DNA from: an uncultured Planctomycetaceae bacterium
GTDB taxonomy: Bacteria; Planctomycetota; Planctomycetia; Gemmatales; Gemmataceae
Assembly (NCBI GenBank): GCA_963763045.1
Contig: CAVXNL010000019.1
Span: 29,788-93,787, forward strand
Length of the DNA: 64,000 nt
Direction of reading: 5' to 3'
Of this stretch, positions 30,257 to 40,754 are shown one piece after another. Under the pieces are notes generated by a model that saw only the letters and a list, made by a program, of their open reading frames with translations, searched no databases and was not told the DNA's origin. The position numbers and the translations under genes were made by a program. Positions within the stretch are counted from its first letter, which is position 1, and every line of letters begins with the position of its first letter.

Positions 30257-33200
30257 ATGCACCGCGAAATAAGCCACAGCGACCCGAACCACGACCAGGA
30301 CAGCCAACTGTCGCTCTACCTGCTGACAGCGCTTCTCGGCCTGCTGCTCGCCGCCGACCTGTGGCCGATGTTCGCCCGCTGGTTCAGCCCCTGGGGTCTG
30401 AAACTTCCCTCGTACAGTAATGAAGTGTACGGCAATCGGCTCGCCCTGTTCGCGGCTGTCCTCGGCGGCGCTCGCGCCTCTATGGTTCACTCGACGCTCT
30501 CTTCGCCGGCCGAGTGGGAGCCGACCTGGCACTGGCACTAGCGTGTGTCGCCGCCATCCTCCTCCGGGAGCAGCTCGTCGCCGCCGAGATCGTCTTCATC
30601 GGGATGCTCGGCGAATGCCTCGAAAGCGTCACGTTTGAACGCACTCAGCGGGCATTGCGGCGCTGGTCGAAATCTTCCCGCGCCGCTGCTGGCGGCTGCG
30701 CGATGGGCAAGAAGAGCGTGTGCTGACCACCGAATTGCAGGTTGGCGACAAGGTCGTGGTCAAGCCGGGCGGCCGCGTTCCGGTGGATGGCAGCGTGTTG
30801 GACGGCCGGTCGGCGGTGGACGTCAGCGCCCTGACCGGTGAGAGCCTACCGGTGGACAAGGGGCCGGGCGACGAGGTGCTGGCCGGCTCGCTCAACCAAT
30901 TCGGGGCACTCACCATCGAGGCGAAACGCGTTGCCGAGCAGACCGTCGCCGGCCGTGTGCTCGCACTGACGGCAAAGGCGCTCAAGGACAAGGCGCCGCT
31001 GGAACGCACCGCCGACCGGCTGGCCCGCTACTTCCTACCAGCTGTCCTCGGCCTCGCAGCGCTGACGTTCCTCGCCGGCATGATGATGTACGGCGGCAAC
31101 TGGTTTCGGCCGGCCAATTCGCAGAAACTGACGCTCGGCGAAGCGGCCCGGCACAGCGCCTATCCCGCGCTCTCGGTCCTGGTCGTCGCCTGTCCGTGCG
31201 CCTTGATCCTGGCGACGCCGGCCGCGGTCATCGCCGCGCTGGGACGCCTGGCGGGCACCGGTATTCTTATCAAGGGCGGCTCGGCCCTGGAGCGGCTCTC
31301 GTCGGTGAATGCCTTCGCCTTCGACAAGACCGGCACCCTCACCGAAGGCCGGCTCGAAATCGGCGACTTGGCTCCCCTTCCCGGCGTCGAGGCCGACGAC
31401 GTGCTGCGCGCCGCCGCGACCGCCGAGCAGCGCAGCGAGCATCTCCTGGCCCGGCTCGTGCTGCAAGAGGCGGCGCGGCGTAATCTGCACCTGGAAGAGG
31501 TCGCGGAGTTCAAGGCGCACCCCGGCGCCGGTGTCGAAGTAAAGACGCCATTGGGGATCGTCATTGTCGGAAATAGGCGCCTGCTGGAGGAGCAGGGCAT
31601 CACGCTCCCGGCTGAGGTCGCAGCGCTGCTGGAGCGCTTCGACGCTACTGGCCAGACGGCGCTGCTGGTGGTACGGGATGGAATCGTCCTCGGCGCGATC
31701 GGCGTGCGCGATCACCTGCGGGTGGAGGCCGCCGAGGTCCTGGCACAACTGCGCGGCCTCGGTATCCAACGTATCGCCCTGCTGACGGGCGATCGGCCGG
31801 CTGCCGCGGCAGGGGTGGCCGCCGCACTCGGTACTTCTTCTCCACTCCCCGCGCTCGGAGCGCCGCCGGAACAGGCCATCACGCAGGCACCGGCCGACGG
31901 GGGCGGGTCGCTATTAACCGAAGTGCGCGCCGAGTTACTGCCGCAGCAGAAGGCGGAGTTCGTCGCCGACTGGCAGCGCCAGGGACTGCGCGTGGCCATG
32001 GTTGGCGACGGCATCAACGATGCCCCAGCCCTTGCTCGGGCCGATGTCGGTCTCGCGCTGGCTGCGGCCGGTACCGACGTGGCTGCCGAGGCGGGTGACA
32101 TCGTCTTCATGAAGGACCCGCTGCAATCGCTGCCGCTCCTGCTCCGCCTGTCGCGCGAAACGGTCCGCATCATCCGCCAGAACATCATCGTCTTCGCCTT
32201 CGGCGTCAACATCGTCGGCGTGGTGCTGACCGCCTGGCTGTGGCCGATCTTCGCGCCGCCGGACTGGTACGAACAGTCGCCGGTGGTCGCCGTGATCTAT
32301 CACCAGCTCGGTTCGCTGGCGGTGCTGCTCAACGCCATGCGACTGTTGTGGTTCGAGCGGGCCGTCACCAACCCGACCTACGTCCGCTGGCGCGAGCGCC
32401 TGGACCATGTGAACGACTGGTTGGAACGCATCAGCGTCGATGACGCGGCTCACTGGCTGAGCCACCACTGGCGCGACGTGACGACGGTGCTGCTCGGTCT
32501 GGCCTTTGCCTGTTACACCCTGAGCGGCCTCACGCAGGTCAACGCCGACGAGGTGGCGCTCGTGCGCCGTTTCGGCAAACCGTTGCCCGTTAAACTCCGG
32601 TCCGGCCTGCACTGGTGCTGGCCGTGGCCCATCGACGCCGTCACGAAGGTGCAGCCCGACCGCATTCAGACCATCGAGATCGGTTTCCGCACGGTCGGTA
32701 AGGAGCAGGCACCGACCGCACGCGTCTGGTCCAGCACCCACAGCGGCGACGGCATCCGCCGCCTTCCCGACGAGGCCGTGATGATTACCGGCGACGGCCA
32801 GCTGATCGAGCTGCAAGGCTCGATCCGGTTCCACATCGCCGACCCGCACGTCTTCCTGTTCGAGGTCGAGGACGCGCCGTCGCTGCTGCGCGGCGCCGCC
32901 GAGGCAGTGCTGCGTGAGAAGGCGGCGGCGCGGACCTTCGACCGGCTGTTGACCGTGGACCGCGAATCGTTCCAGCAGGAAGTGTTGGAGCGACTGCGAG
33001 AACGCTGTACGGATTACGGATTGCACGGTCTCGGCGTTCACCTCGACGGCGTGTCGCTGCACGACCTGCACCCGCCGCAGGATGTCGTCGCCTCGTACCA
33101 TAGCGTGACGAAGGCGATGGAGAAGCGCGACGAGGCGGTCAACATGGCCAGGGAGGAGGCCGTGCGAAAAGAGAACGCCGAGTTGGGGAAGATGCGCAGG

Positions 33201-33607
33201 ACATTCGCCTCGCCACCGCTGAGCATGATGGCCGGCTGCGTCTCGTCCGCGCTCAGCGCGATGCCCTGCTCGCGCGCCTGAACGCACGCACGGGCCCATC
33301 GGCGGTAGGTGTGGCGATGCTTGGCGGCAGCGTCTTCTTCCGCGCCGGCCAGGAGGAGGTCGCCGGCATGACGGGGCGAGCCAATTTCCGCCTCTATTGG
33401 GAGGCCGTGGTGGACACGCTGAAGGACCGCCAAAAGATCCTGCTCGACGCCGACAAAATGCCGGAGCTGAGCAGTTTATGGCTGATGCGGCTGCTGCCGT
33501 TCGATTCGCTGCGCATGCCGTTCTCGACACGGCCGCCGGTGCTTCCGCCGGAAGCTGCCGTGAGACGAAAAGGGAGGCTCATTCCATGCGTAAGCTCTTC
33601 TGGCTGA
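30257..33607 (+). CDS. P1B-type heavy-metal-translocating ATPase (CPC motif, no N-terminal HMA domain) fused in frame to an HflK-like SPFH/band-7 domain; frameshifts near 30530, 30670 and 33195
   Basis: TM N-terminus (ORF 30257-30541), the actuator TGESLPVDK, CPCALILATP, DKTGTLTEG, MVGDGINDAPALARADVGLAL and the final TM ...LAVLLNAMRLL. The same uninterrupted 853-aa ORF then runs, with no stop, into a TM (VTTVLLGLAFACYTLSGL) and an SPFH domain (VNADEVALVRRFGKP...HWCWPWPIDAV...GVHLDGVSLHDLHPPQDVVASYHSV). The HflK C-terminus (RLYWEAVVDTLKDRQKILLDADKMPELSSLWLMRLLPFD) ends at 33607. Confidence 0.7.
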
Positions 33608-34552
33608 CCCTGCTCCTCGTCGGCGGAACGCTGCTGGCGTCGTCGTGCCTGTACTCGGTAGATCGCATCGACTTCGTCTATCTGACGCAGTTCGGCCGGC
33701 ACGTCGCCACGTTCGATGGGACGCGCGACGCCGATGCCGGGCTGCACGTCAAGTGGCCGTGGCCCATTCAGTCGGTGCAGCGCCTCGACCGGCGGCTGCA
33801 ATACTTCGACCTGCCCGGCGCCGAGTTGATGACCCGCGACCGCGATCGCAACACCATCGACAAGACGCTGACCATCGACGCCTACGTCTGCTGGCGCATC
33901 GCCGACGGCGAGGGCGTGGATCAGTTCGTCCGCACCGTCGGCACGGCAGAGAGTGCGCGGGCCATCCTTACGCAGCGGCTCGGCAGCGAGCTCGGCGCGC
34001 TGATCGGCGCCCGCGAGATGAATGACCTGGTCAGCACCGACCGGCTCGGCGGGAAGGTAGATGCGCGAGCGCGAACAAGCTCCGCGAGGAGCTGCTGAGC
34101 CGCGTGAAGCAGGTCCGGGAAGAGGCTGGTATTGAGGTGGTGGACGTGCGGCTGCGGCGCATCAATCATCCCGATTCGGTGCGCAAGGAGATCTTCGAGC
34201 GCATCCGCAGCGAGCGCGCGAAGATGGCCGCCGAGTACGAAAGCGACGGCAGGCGACAGGCCGCGGACATCCTGAGCAAGAGCGAGCAGCGCGATCGGAG
34301 AACCTCCGGACGCGGGCCAAGGCAGAGGCCGTGCGGCTGCGCGGCGACGCCGATGCGCGAGCCGACCGGATCCGCGGCGAAGCGCAGAAGCAGGATCCCG
34401 ACTTCTACGCCTTCCTCAAGAAGCTCGAGGCCTACAAGAGCATCTTCGGCGACAACAAGACCTTGTTGCTGCTCTCCACGCATCGAGAGATGTTCGACCT
34501 GTTCAACAATCCGCCGGGAATGAAGCCGGCGCCAAAACCGGGAGAGAAGTGA
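33586..34552 (+). CDS. hflC: HflC-like SPFH-domain membrane protease modulator; frameshifts near 34060 and 34320
   Basis: MRKLFWLTLLLVGGTLLASS (TM), HVKWPWPIQSVQRLDRRLQYFD, TIDAYVCWRI, then after shifts EIFERIRSERAKMAAEYESDG and RLRGDADARADRIRGEAQKQDPDFYAFLKKLEAYKSIFGDNKTLLLLS. The start overlaps the hflK-like stop. Confidence 0.75.
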
Positions 34553-34700
34553 TTTATCGATTTGCGCGTCCAGCGCGAATCGATAAATCGAGAACTTGGA
34601 ACTGCGAAACCGGCATTGCACCGTCGCAGGCGCCGCCGTTATACTCCTCCTCCAGTCGCGGCAATTCCGCCGGCGGCCGGCGTCCAGGGGAAGGAGCCTG

Positions 34701-35771
34701 ATGGACACGCAATCCGTCTTGCCATGTCTTGTTGCGCCCTCACCGCGCTCTGCCGTGCTGTCGCGCCGCAGGACCCAAACGCCGCGGCTTTCCGTCGTCG
34801 TGGTCAACTATCACCACTGGCACGAAACCGCTTCGTTGCTGCGCCAGCTGCGGGCCTCGCCGGCCCTGCGCCGCGGCGACGCCGAGGTCATTGTGGTGGA
34901 TAACAACTCGCCGCGCCATCCGCTGTTGAACCGCTTGCGGCGCCTGCCCGGCGTATCGGTGCGGCGCTGGCGGCGCAACCGCGGCTTCGCCTGTGCCGTC
35001 AACGAGGGCTGCCGTCTGGCCCGCGGCGACTGGTTGCTGCTGCTCAATCCTGACGTCACCCTCGCGCCGGGTTTTCTCGCCCAGGCGCTGCGGACCGTGG
35101 AGCGCCGGCTCCTCGAAGAGCCGGACCTGGGCGTCGTCGGTTTCCGTCTTCTGAACCCGGACGGCACTCGGCAGCCGTCCACCGGGCCGTTTCCGACGCT
35201 GACCGGCTCCGTGGCCCGTCTGCTGCTGCCGCGCTGGCTGCGCAAGTACAACCTTTTCTCGTTGGACGAAGCCGGTCCCGTGGACTGGGCGACAGGCTGT
35301 TGCCTGCTCGTGCGACGGGCGTGCTGGGAACAACTGGGCGGTTTCGACCGTGACTTCTTCCTCTACTACGAAGACGTGGACCTCTGCCGCCGCGCCCGCA
35401 CTGCCGGCTGGACAGTGGCGTTCGAGCCGTCGGTCAGCGTTATCCACCATCACCCGCTACACGGCCGGGACATTCCGCCCTATCTGCGCCTGGTCACCCG
35501 CCACGCTCTGCTCACCTATGCCCGCAAACACTGGCCGAGTTGGCAAGTCCGCGTGCTCGCCGGCCTCGTCGCCACGGAAGCAAAGGTGCGCGCCTTCAGC
35601 GCCCGCCGGCAGGGAGATGATCGGGCCGCCGACGTCTTCGCCGAACTCGGGCAACTCACCACCGATCTCGTCCAGGGCGACAAGGTTGCCGCCGAACGAC
35701 GCTTGCTGCGCGTCGTGTACCGGGAGGAGAAGGAGCGTGGCAGCGTTCTCGATCGTCGTTCCAAGCCATAG
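34701..35771 (+). CDS. family 2 glycosyltransferase
   Basis: LSVVVVNYHHWHETASLL...VIVVDNNSP...NRGFACAVNEG...LLLNPDV...GGFDRDFFLYYEDVDLCRRA is a GT2 signature (DxD, ED motifs). Confidence 0.8.
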   Translation: MDTQSVLPCLVAPSPRSAVLSRRRTQTPRLSVVVVNYHHWHETASLLRQLRASPALRRGDAEVIVVDNNSPRHPLLNRLRRLPGVSVRRWRRNRGFACAVNEGCRLARGDWLLLLNPDVTLAPGFLAQALRTVERRLLEEPDLGVVGFRLLNPDGTRQPSTGPFPTLTGSVARLLLPRWLRKYNLFSLDEAGPVDWATGCCLLVRRACWEQLGGFDRDFFLYYEDVDLCRRARTAGWTVAFEPSVSVIHHHPLHGRDIPPYLRLVTRHALLTYARKHWPSWQVRVLAGLVATEAKVRAFSARRQGDDRAADVFAELGQLTTDLVQGDKVAAERRLLRVVYREEKERGSVLDRRSKP

Positions 35772-35799
35772 TCGCGCGGATCTGCTCCGCGGCCGTTAA

Positions 35800-36286
35800 C
35801 CCCACACCACACCGGGACAGAAGTCATCGTGGTCCCGGCCGACCTATCCGAACTTCCAGCCCTTCGTCGGTGTCTCACATATCTGGGACCAGGCCGAGTT
35901 GATGCAACCTGGGAGCTGGATCACCGCTTCACAGCGTAAACATGCACCGCGATTGATTCTCAACAAGCGGATACACCGTCTCAGAAGCCCTCACCGTCAC
36001 CCGGCGGATCTGCTGATTGGATTGCAGGGTAAAACCTTGCGTTTTCACACATTGTGCCAGGTATATTGCCATCTCAATGAAATTATTGACATGAATGCCA
36101 GGTGATACCTCTCACATCTCACTGATCCATTCGTTCACTACAGCGGGAATGAGCGTGAATTTGCGTTGCGATTTCTGTGTTGACTCTCCATAAGGAATGT
36201 GTAGTAATTTGGATACCGAGATTCAGTCTCATTAAATATGCTGCTGATTCTCACCTGCCGTTCCGCCTTCATCGGAGAGACTTGCC
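35800..36286. promoter_or_regulatory. AT-richer intergenic region with sigma70-like elements upstream of the DUF1559 gene
   Basis: Marked local GC drop. TTGACT-N17-AGTAAT lies near 36180-36215 and TTGACA near 36092. The downstream gene starts at 36287. Confidence 0.3.
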
Positions 36287-37246
36287 ATGCGAACGCCATC
36301 CCGCCGCCTCGCCTTCACACTCATCGAACTGCTCGTCGTCATCGCCATCATCGCCGTTCTCATCGGCCTGCTGCTGCCCGCCGTGCAGAAGGTCCGCGAG
36401 TCCGCGGCTCGGTCCTCGTGCGAGAACAACCTCAAACAGATGGGACTTGCTCTGCAATCGTATCACGGTGCGAACCTGACGCTGCCGCCCGGCTATACCG
36501 CCAGCGGCGCCTTCGTGAACGGCGGCACCGACACCACGCCGGGTTGGGCTTGGGGAGCGTACATCCTGCCGCATATGGAGCAGGATAACCTCTTCAACCA
36601 GTTCAATTTCAGCCAGCCCGTGCAGAATTGCCCGGCCAGCCAGACCGTGGTGAATGCCTTCCTCTGCCCCTCCGACATCGTGCCGCCGATGCCCTTCGCC
36701 GTGACGGACCTGAACTGGAACACGATCTGCTTGGCCCCGCCATGCAGCTATGCCGCCTGTTGCGGCGGCAGCTACGTTAGCACGGCCGGAACGAGCACCA
36801 CGGTCAGTACGACGACGGGCATGAATAATACTGGAATTGGCAACGGCTGCTTCTACCGCAATAGTGCTGTCCGCATGACCGACATCACCGACGGGACCAG
36901 CAACACGATCTTCCTCGAAGAACGGGCCTTTGCGAACGTGGAGTGTACGTGGGTCGGAGCGATCAGCGGCGGCTATTGCAACCAGGGCCAGTTCAACCCG
37001 AACGCCGTCGCCGGACATTTAGGCCAGGTGGCCGGCAACCTCGTCCTCATTCACGCCTCAACGATCAATAGTTCTTCCGGCAGGAACCTCGACGACTCCG
37101 CCAGCCTTCACCCCGGTGGGGCGAATTGGCTGTACGCCGACGGCTCCGTCCACTTCCTGCCGAACACTGCGTCCGGTTCGGCGAATCAGGCAACCCTAGA
37201 AGCGATGGGGACGATCGCGGGTGGTGAAGCCGGGAGCGGTTTCTAG
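36287..37246 (+). CDS. DUF1559 domain protein with type IV pilin-like N-terminal cleavage/methylation motif (planctomycete pseudopilin family)
   Basis: RRLAFTLIELLVVIAIIAVLIGLLLPAVQKVRESAARSSCENNLKQMGLALQSYH, and later ...HPGGANWLYADGSVHFLP with the H-x9-DG end motif. Intact 319 aa. Confidence 0.9.
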   Translation: MRTPSRRLAFTLIELLVVIAIIAVLIGLLLPAVQKVRESAARSSCENNLKQMGLALQSYHGANLTLPPGYTASGAFVNGGTDTTPGWAWGAYILPHMEQDNLFNQFNFSQPVQNCPASQTVVNAFLCPSDIVPPMPFAVTDLNWNTICLAPPCSYAACCGGSYVSTAGTSTTVSTTTGMNNTGIGNGCFYRNSAVRMTDITDGTSNTIFLEERAFANVECTWVGAISGGYCNQGQFNPNAVAGHLGQVAGNLVLIHASTINSSSGRNLDDSASLHPGGANWLYADGSVHFLPNTASGSANQATLEAMGTIAGGEAGSGF

Positions 37247-37444
37247 TTGAAAGCGTCACAAGTTCCTCGCCGGTTCTAACCGGCAGACCGCTTTGGAGAG
37301 ACTGGAGGTCCGAAATTTGCTGCGAATGTTGCACACGGATTGTCGCCCCAAGACGATCGGCACGGTCGCGATGCGAATTATCGCTCGTCCTGTTCTTGGC
37401 GCTACGGACTTGCAGGATGGCTGCCTGCATTCTGGATCAGGCTC

Positions 37445-38266
37445 TTAATGCTTTCCTCCGCGCCGCCATGTGCGCTCCTTTCGCAAGCCTTTGCTCTTCA
37501 GCAGTTCCGCGGCCCACCTTGCCGTCTCACCGTGCAGCGGCGGCACGGGTTCGGCGCGGTAGTCGAGTTCGAGGTCATACCCTGCTAGATCGTAGACCGA
37601 ATCCAGCACGGCTTGCAGATCCAGCGGCACTTCCGGGTCTTCTTCTCGCAGCGGGATGGGGATGGTGGGCAGTTTTTGCTGAAGCAGAACGGGCCAGGCG
37701 CGGCCGTGCGGCCGGCGGCCAGCGTGGGACACGTGAATCAGATAGTCGTGTTGGGGAACCATCGTGCGGACGAAGATGGGCTGTCCGGCGCGGAGGAGGT
37801 CGATCTCTATCAGGTGGCTCGGTGAATTCATGATTTCGTACCGCTTGTCGAGGTAGCTTTCCCGGCCTTCGGAATTCGGTACTTTGTTCGTCGGACTCAA
37901 CACCTCAATAACGGCGACGACTCGACGGTTTTCTCGATCGAACACTTTCAATCGTCGCTCTCGGATCTCGTCATCCAACAAGGTGACCAACTCGATGGGT
38001 TCTGAAACAGTCATCGGAACCATCCCCGGTAGACTTTTGTATCCCTTACTCCGCGCTCCGCGGGGTCGGACAATGCGCAGGTCTGGAATGATGACCGACC
38101 GCCCCGGATCGGTGTCGTGAGAGACGTAGAGGCGACTCTTCAATCCGGACGTAGTATTTCGGTCTGAGCTGAGGAGCGAGCGCAGTTGCTGATCGCCGTG
38201 ATTAGACGGTGATGCACATCCGGCCACAACCCCGGCTCTTCCAGATACGGATCCATCCCCGGAAAA
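37445..38266 (-). CDS. DUF4058 family protein; at least 2 frameshifts
   Basis: True N-terminus MPSPFPGMDPYLEEPGLWPDVHHRLITAI (38266 downward), then after shifts ...APQLRPKYYVRIEE...VIIPDLRIV... and ORF 37445-38293 (VVAVIEVLSPTNK...SHLIEIDLLRAGQP). Confidence 0.7.
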   Translation of the reverse strand, partial: FSGDGSVSGRAGVVAGCASPSNHGDQQLRSLLSSDRNTTSGLKSRLYVSHDTDPGRSVIIPDLRIVRPRGARSKGYKSLPGMVPMTVSEPIELVTLLDDEIRERRLKVFDRENRRVVAVIEVLSPTNKVPNSEGRESYLDKRYEIMNSPSHLIEIDLLRAGQPIFVRTMVPQHDYLIHVSHAGRRPHGRAWPVLLQQKLPTIPIPLREEDPEVPLDLQAVLDSVYDLAGYDLELDYRAEPVPPLHGETARWAAELLKSKGLRKERTWRRGGKH

Positions 38267-38323
38267 GGACTCGGCATGACGATCCCTCCACAAGTAACCA
38301 GCGTCATTCTATCATTCGCCGTC

Positions 38324-39496
38324 TCATAACCACCAGCGCAGCATCCACGCCAGGCGATCGATCAGGCGTCGCCACCAGCTGCGGGCGCGATACGCCTTGA
38401 ACGAGATGCGCGCACTGCACGCGATCTCGCCTTCAACGATCTCGGTTAATGCCCGCGCCAGTTGCGGCGAGTGGATGACGGCGAGAAACTCGTGGTTGAG
38501 GTACAGGCTGCGGGCGTCGAGATTGGAAGAGCCGACCACGGACCAGTCGTCATCGACGACCATGACCTTGCTGTGCAACATGTGGCCCTGCCGCTCGTAG
38601 ATGCGAACCTTGCGCCGCAACAGCCGGTCGTAGAGATGCCGCGTCGCACTCTGCACCAGGGGCACGTCGCTGTCGCCGGGGACCACGACTTGTACCCGCA
38701 CATGGCGGCGCGGCGCCTTCAGCAGAGCGGTTAGCACCGGGCCGACCGGCAGGAAGTACGCCATGGAAAGCGTGATGGATCGCTGAGCCAGCTTGAGGAA
38801 GCGCGTGAACAGGCGGGCGGCGTGTGTCTGGCGGCGACCGGGACCACTGTCGAAGAACTGGATGCTCTCGCCGCCCTGGGTCAGCACGGCATGCCGATAG
38901 GCGCGCGGCCGGCGCGGCACGCGCTCGCCGTGTGCCGCGCGCCAGGAGCGGTCGAAACTCTCGGCAACCTCTGCCTGCTGTGGCCCGACCAGGCGGACAT
39001 GCACGTCGCGCCAGCCGAGCGACCGCGGCAGGTGGGACGGCGGGTGGGACGCGAGCACCGCGCCGGGGTCGGCGATATTCATGCCGCCGAAGTAGGCGAC
39101 ACGGTCGTCGATCACCAGCAGTTTGCGATGGTCGCGGCGGTTCAGGACGCGGAGGAACGAAAACCGCCAGCACGCTTCCCACAGCGAGTGGAAGATGTGG
39201 ACCTGGACGCCGGCATGTTCCAATTCCCGGAAGAAAAGGGAGGACGTCCACTGGCTTCCGATGGCGTCACATAAAACGCGCACCTCGACGCCGGCCCTGG
39301 CCCGCTCCTTGAGAGCATCGGCGACAGCCCGACCGACAGCATCGTCGAAAAAGATGTACGTCTCCAGCCATACGCGCGTGCGGGCGGCCGCGATGTCGTG
39401 GACCATAGCCGACAATAGAGGCCCGATCTCGACGAAGAGCGTTAATTCGTGTCCCGCCACCGTGACGCACACCGGTGCCTCCGTAGCATTTATCAC
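38324..39496 (-). CDS. cls: cardiolipin synthase / phospholipase D family protein (two HKD motifs)
   Basis: HRKLLVIDDRVAYFGGMNI and HSKVMVVDDDWSVVGSSNLDARS. Intact 390 aa. Confidence 0.85.
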   Translation of the reverse strand: MINATEAPVCVTVAGHELTLFVEIGPLLSAMVHDIAAARTRVWLETYIFFDDAVGRAVADALKERARAGVEVRVLCDAIGSQWTSSLFFRELEHAGVQVHIFHSLWEACWRFSFLRVLNRRDHRKLLVIDDRVAYFGGMNIADPGAVLASHPPSHLPRSLGWRDVHVRLVGPQQAEVAESFDRSWRAAHGERVPRRPRAYRHAVLTQGGESIQFFDSGPGRRQTHAARLFTRFLKLAQRSITLSMAYFLPVGPVLTALLKAPRRHVRVQVVVPGDSDVPLVQSATRHLYDRLLRRKVRIYERQGHMLHSKVMVVDDDWSVVGSSNLDARSLYLNHEFLAVIHSPQLARALTEIVEGEIACSARISFKAYRARSWWRRLIDRLAWMLRWWL

Positions 39497-39580
39497 AAAT
39501 CTGAGTGGGTGAGGGGTGAAGGGGTGGAAGGTTCGTGGTTTTTCACATCCTCATCCCTTCATCCCTTCATTCCTGCATCC

Positions 39581-40330
39581 TCAGCGGTGCGTTATTGCGT
39601 GGTGCTTCGGCGGGTGCTTGATGAGGTGGAAATCGACGACCAGCGGCAGGTGGTCGGAAGCGCAGCGCACGAGGCGATGGGTGACAACATGCGCCTCCTT
39701 CACTTTCAGCGAACCGCGATGAAAGACCTTGTCTAGCGAAGCCAGAGGCCAGAAGGCGGGAAAGGAACGGTACTGCGCGATCGGATCGGTAGCCTGGCTG
39801 AAACCGTGGCCGAGGAAGCTGTGGCCGCCGAGGACGTTGCGCCAGTCGTTGTAGTCGCCCACGATCAGTGTCGGCAGCTGGCCCGACTCGCGGAACAGGG
39901 CGTGGCTGAGCAGATGGTCGGCTTGCCAGCGCCGTTCCTTCTCGAGCAGTCCGAGGTGCCAGTTAACCAGGTGCAGCGTTCCTTCCGGCGTGTCTACCAC
40001 GACCATCTGGGCGCCGCGCGGCTTCTTATGATCGAGGCGCAGCGACACCTGATGCCGGCGCTGAAACGGCCAGCGCGACAGCAGCAGGTTGCCGTACCCG
40101 CCCTGGTGGATCGGGACGTTGAGCTGGTAGAGATGCGCCTCGGCCCGCAGTTTCTCGGCCAGAAGCGACGGCTGATCGTGGTAGTCGGTGCGGCGAACGT
40201 GGCGATCCACTTCTTGCAAACAGATGAAATCTGGCTCTTCCGCGGCAATCACCTGAAGGATGCGTTCCAGACGGTAACGCCGATCGACGCCGCCGATGCC
40301 CTTGTGGATGTTGTACGTCAGGAGTCGCAT
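39581..40330 (-). CDS. endonuclease/exonuclease/phosphatase (EEP) family protein
   Basis: MRLLTYNIHKGIGGVDRRYRLERILQVIAAEEPDFICLQEV...LLSRWP...VVDTPEGTLHLVNWHLG...IVGDYNDW...SDHLPLVVDF. Confidence 0.8.
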   Translation of the reverse strand: MRLLTYNIHKGIGGVDRRYRLERILQVIAAEEPDFICLQEVDRHVRRTDYHDQPSLLAEKLRAEAHLYQLNVPIHQGGYGNLLLSRWPFQRRHQVSLRLDHKKPRGAQMVVVDTPEGTLHLVNWHLGLLEKERRWQADHLLSHALFRESGQLPTLIVGDYNDWRNVLGGHSFLGHGFSQATDPIAQYRSFPAFWPLASLDKVFHRGSLKVKEAHVVTHRLVRCASDHLPLVVDFHLIKHPPKHHAITHR

Positions 40331-40471
40331 CGCGGAAGGCTCGCAGGGTAGAGGGCGATGAGCGGATACCACTTCAGTTTGACATACAGAAGGCGGAGAG
40401 GGAAGGGATTTGTTGAGGATCCTGTTCAGGAACATAATCTGCCACAGGTGTGATGACTGCGGTAATTCTGG

Positions 40472-40726
40472 TCAGTTGCAGCCGACAAAATGATTGTAGT
40501 CGCTGTGCGAGCCGATCCAGTACCAGACGTTTGTGTCGCCATCAACGACGTAGATCGCTCGGTATTGCGCACTGATGGATACTGAACGGCTACCGTTGCG
40601 GTGTTGGCCCTTGTCCGAATCGGCCAGAGTGTGATTGCGAAGCGCGGGATGATTCTGATTAGACAAGAACATCTGATAGGCTTCCTGGGCCAGTTTTCGT
40701 ACCCGCTCAGGAAGCCGTGCGAACAT
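40472..40726 (-). CDS. RelE/ParE/YoeB-superfamily type II toxin
   Basis: MFARLPERVRKLAQEAYQMFLSNQNHPALRNHTLADSDKGQHRNGSRSVSISAQYRAIYVVDGDTNVWYWIGSHSDY has the RelE-like end pattern (R...YR.IY....V......H.DY). Confidence 0.6.
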   Translation of the reverse strand: MFARLPERVRKLAQEAYQMFLSNQNHPALRNHTLADSDKGQHRNGSRSVSISAQYRAIYVVDGDTNVWYWIGSHSDYNHFVGCN

Positions 40727-40754
40727 CGTGCGGAACGCGGCAGTCCGGCAGTTC

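Noticed and set aside
29530-30258. 242-aa minus-strand ORF across the repeat region
   Set aside because: It is Arg-rich, has no homology and overlaps the plus-strand small ORFs and repeats. This looks like high-GC chance.
39505-39592. G-rich region after cls as a member of the palindromic repeat family
   Set aside because: It is G-rich with CCCTTCATCCCTTCA repeats, but the arms are not reverse complements of each other and do not match the family arm sequence. This is only a weak resemblance.
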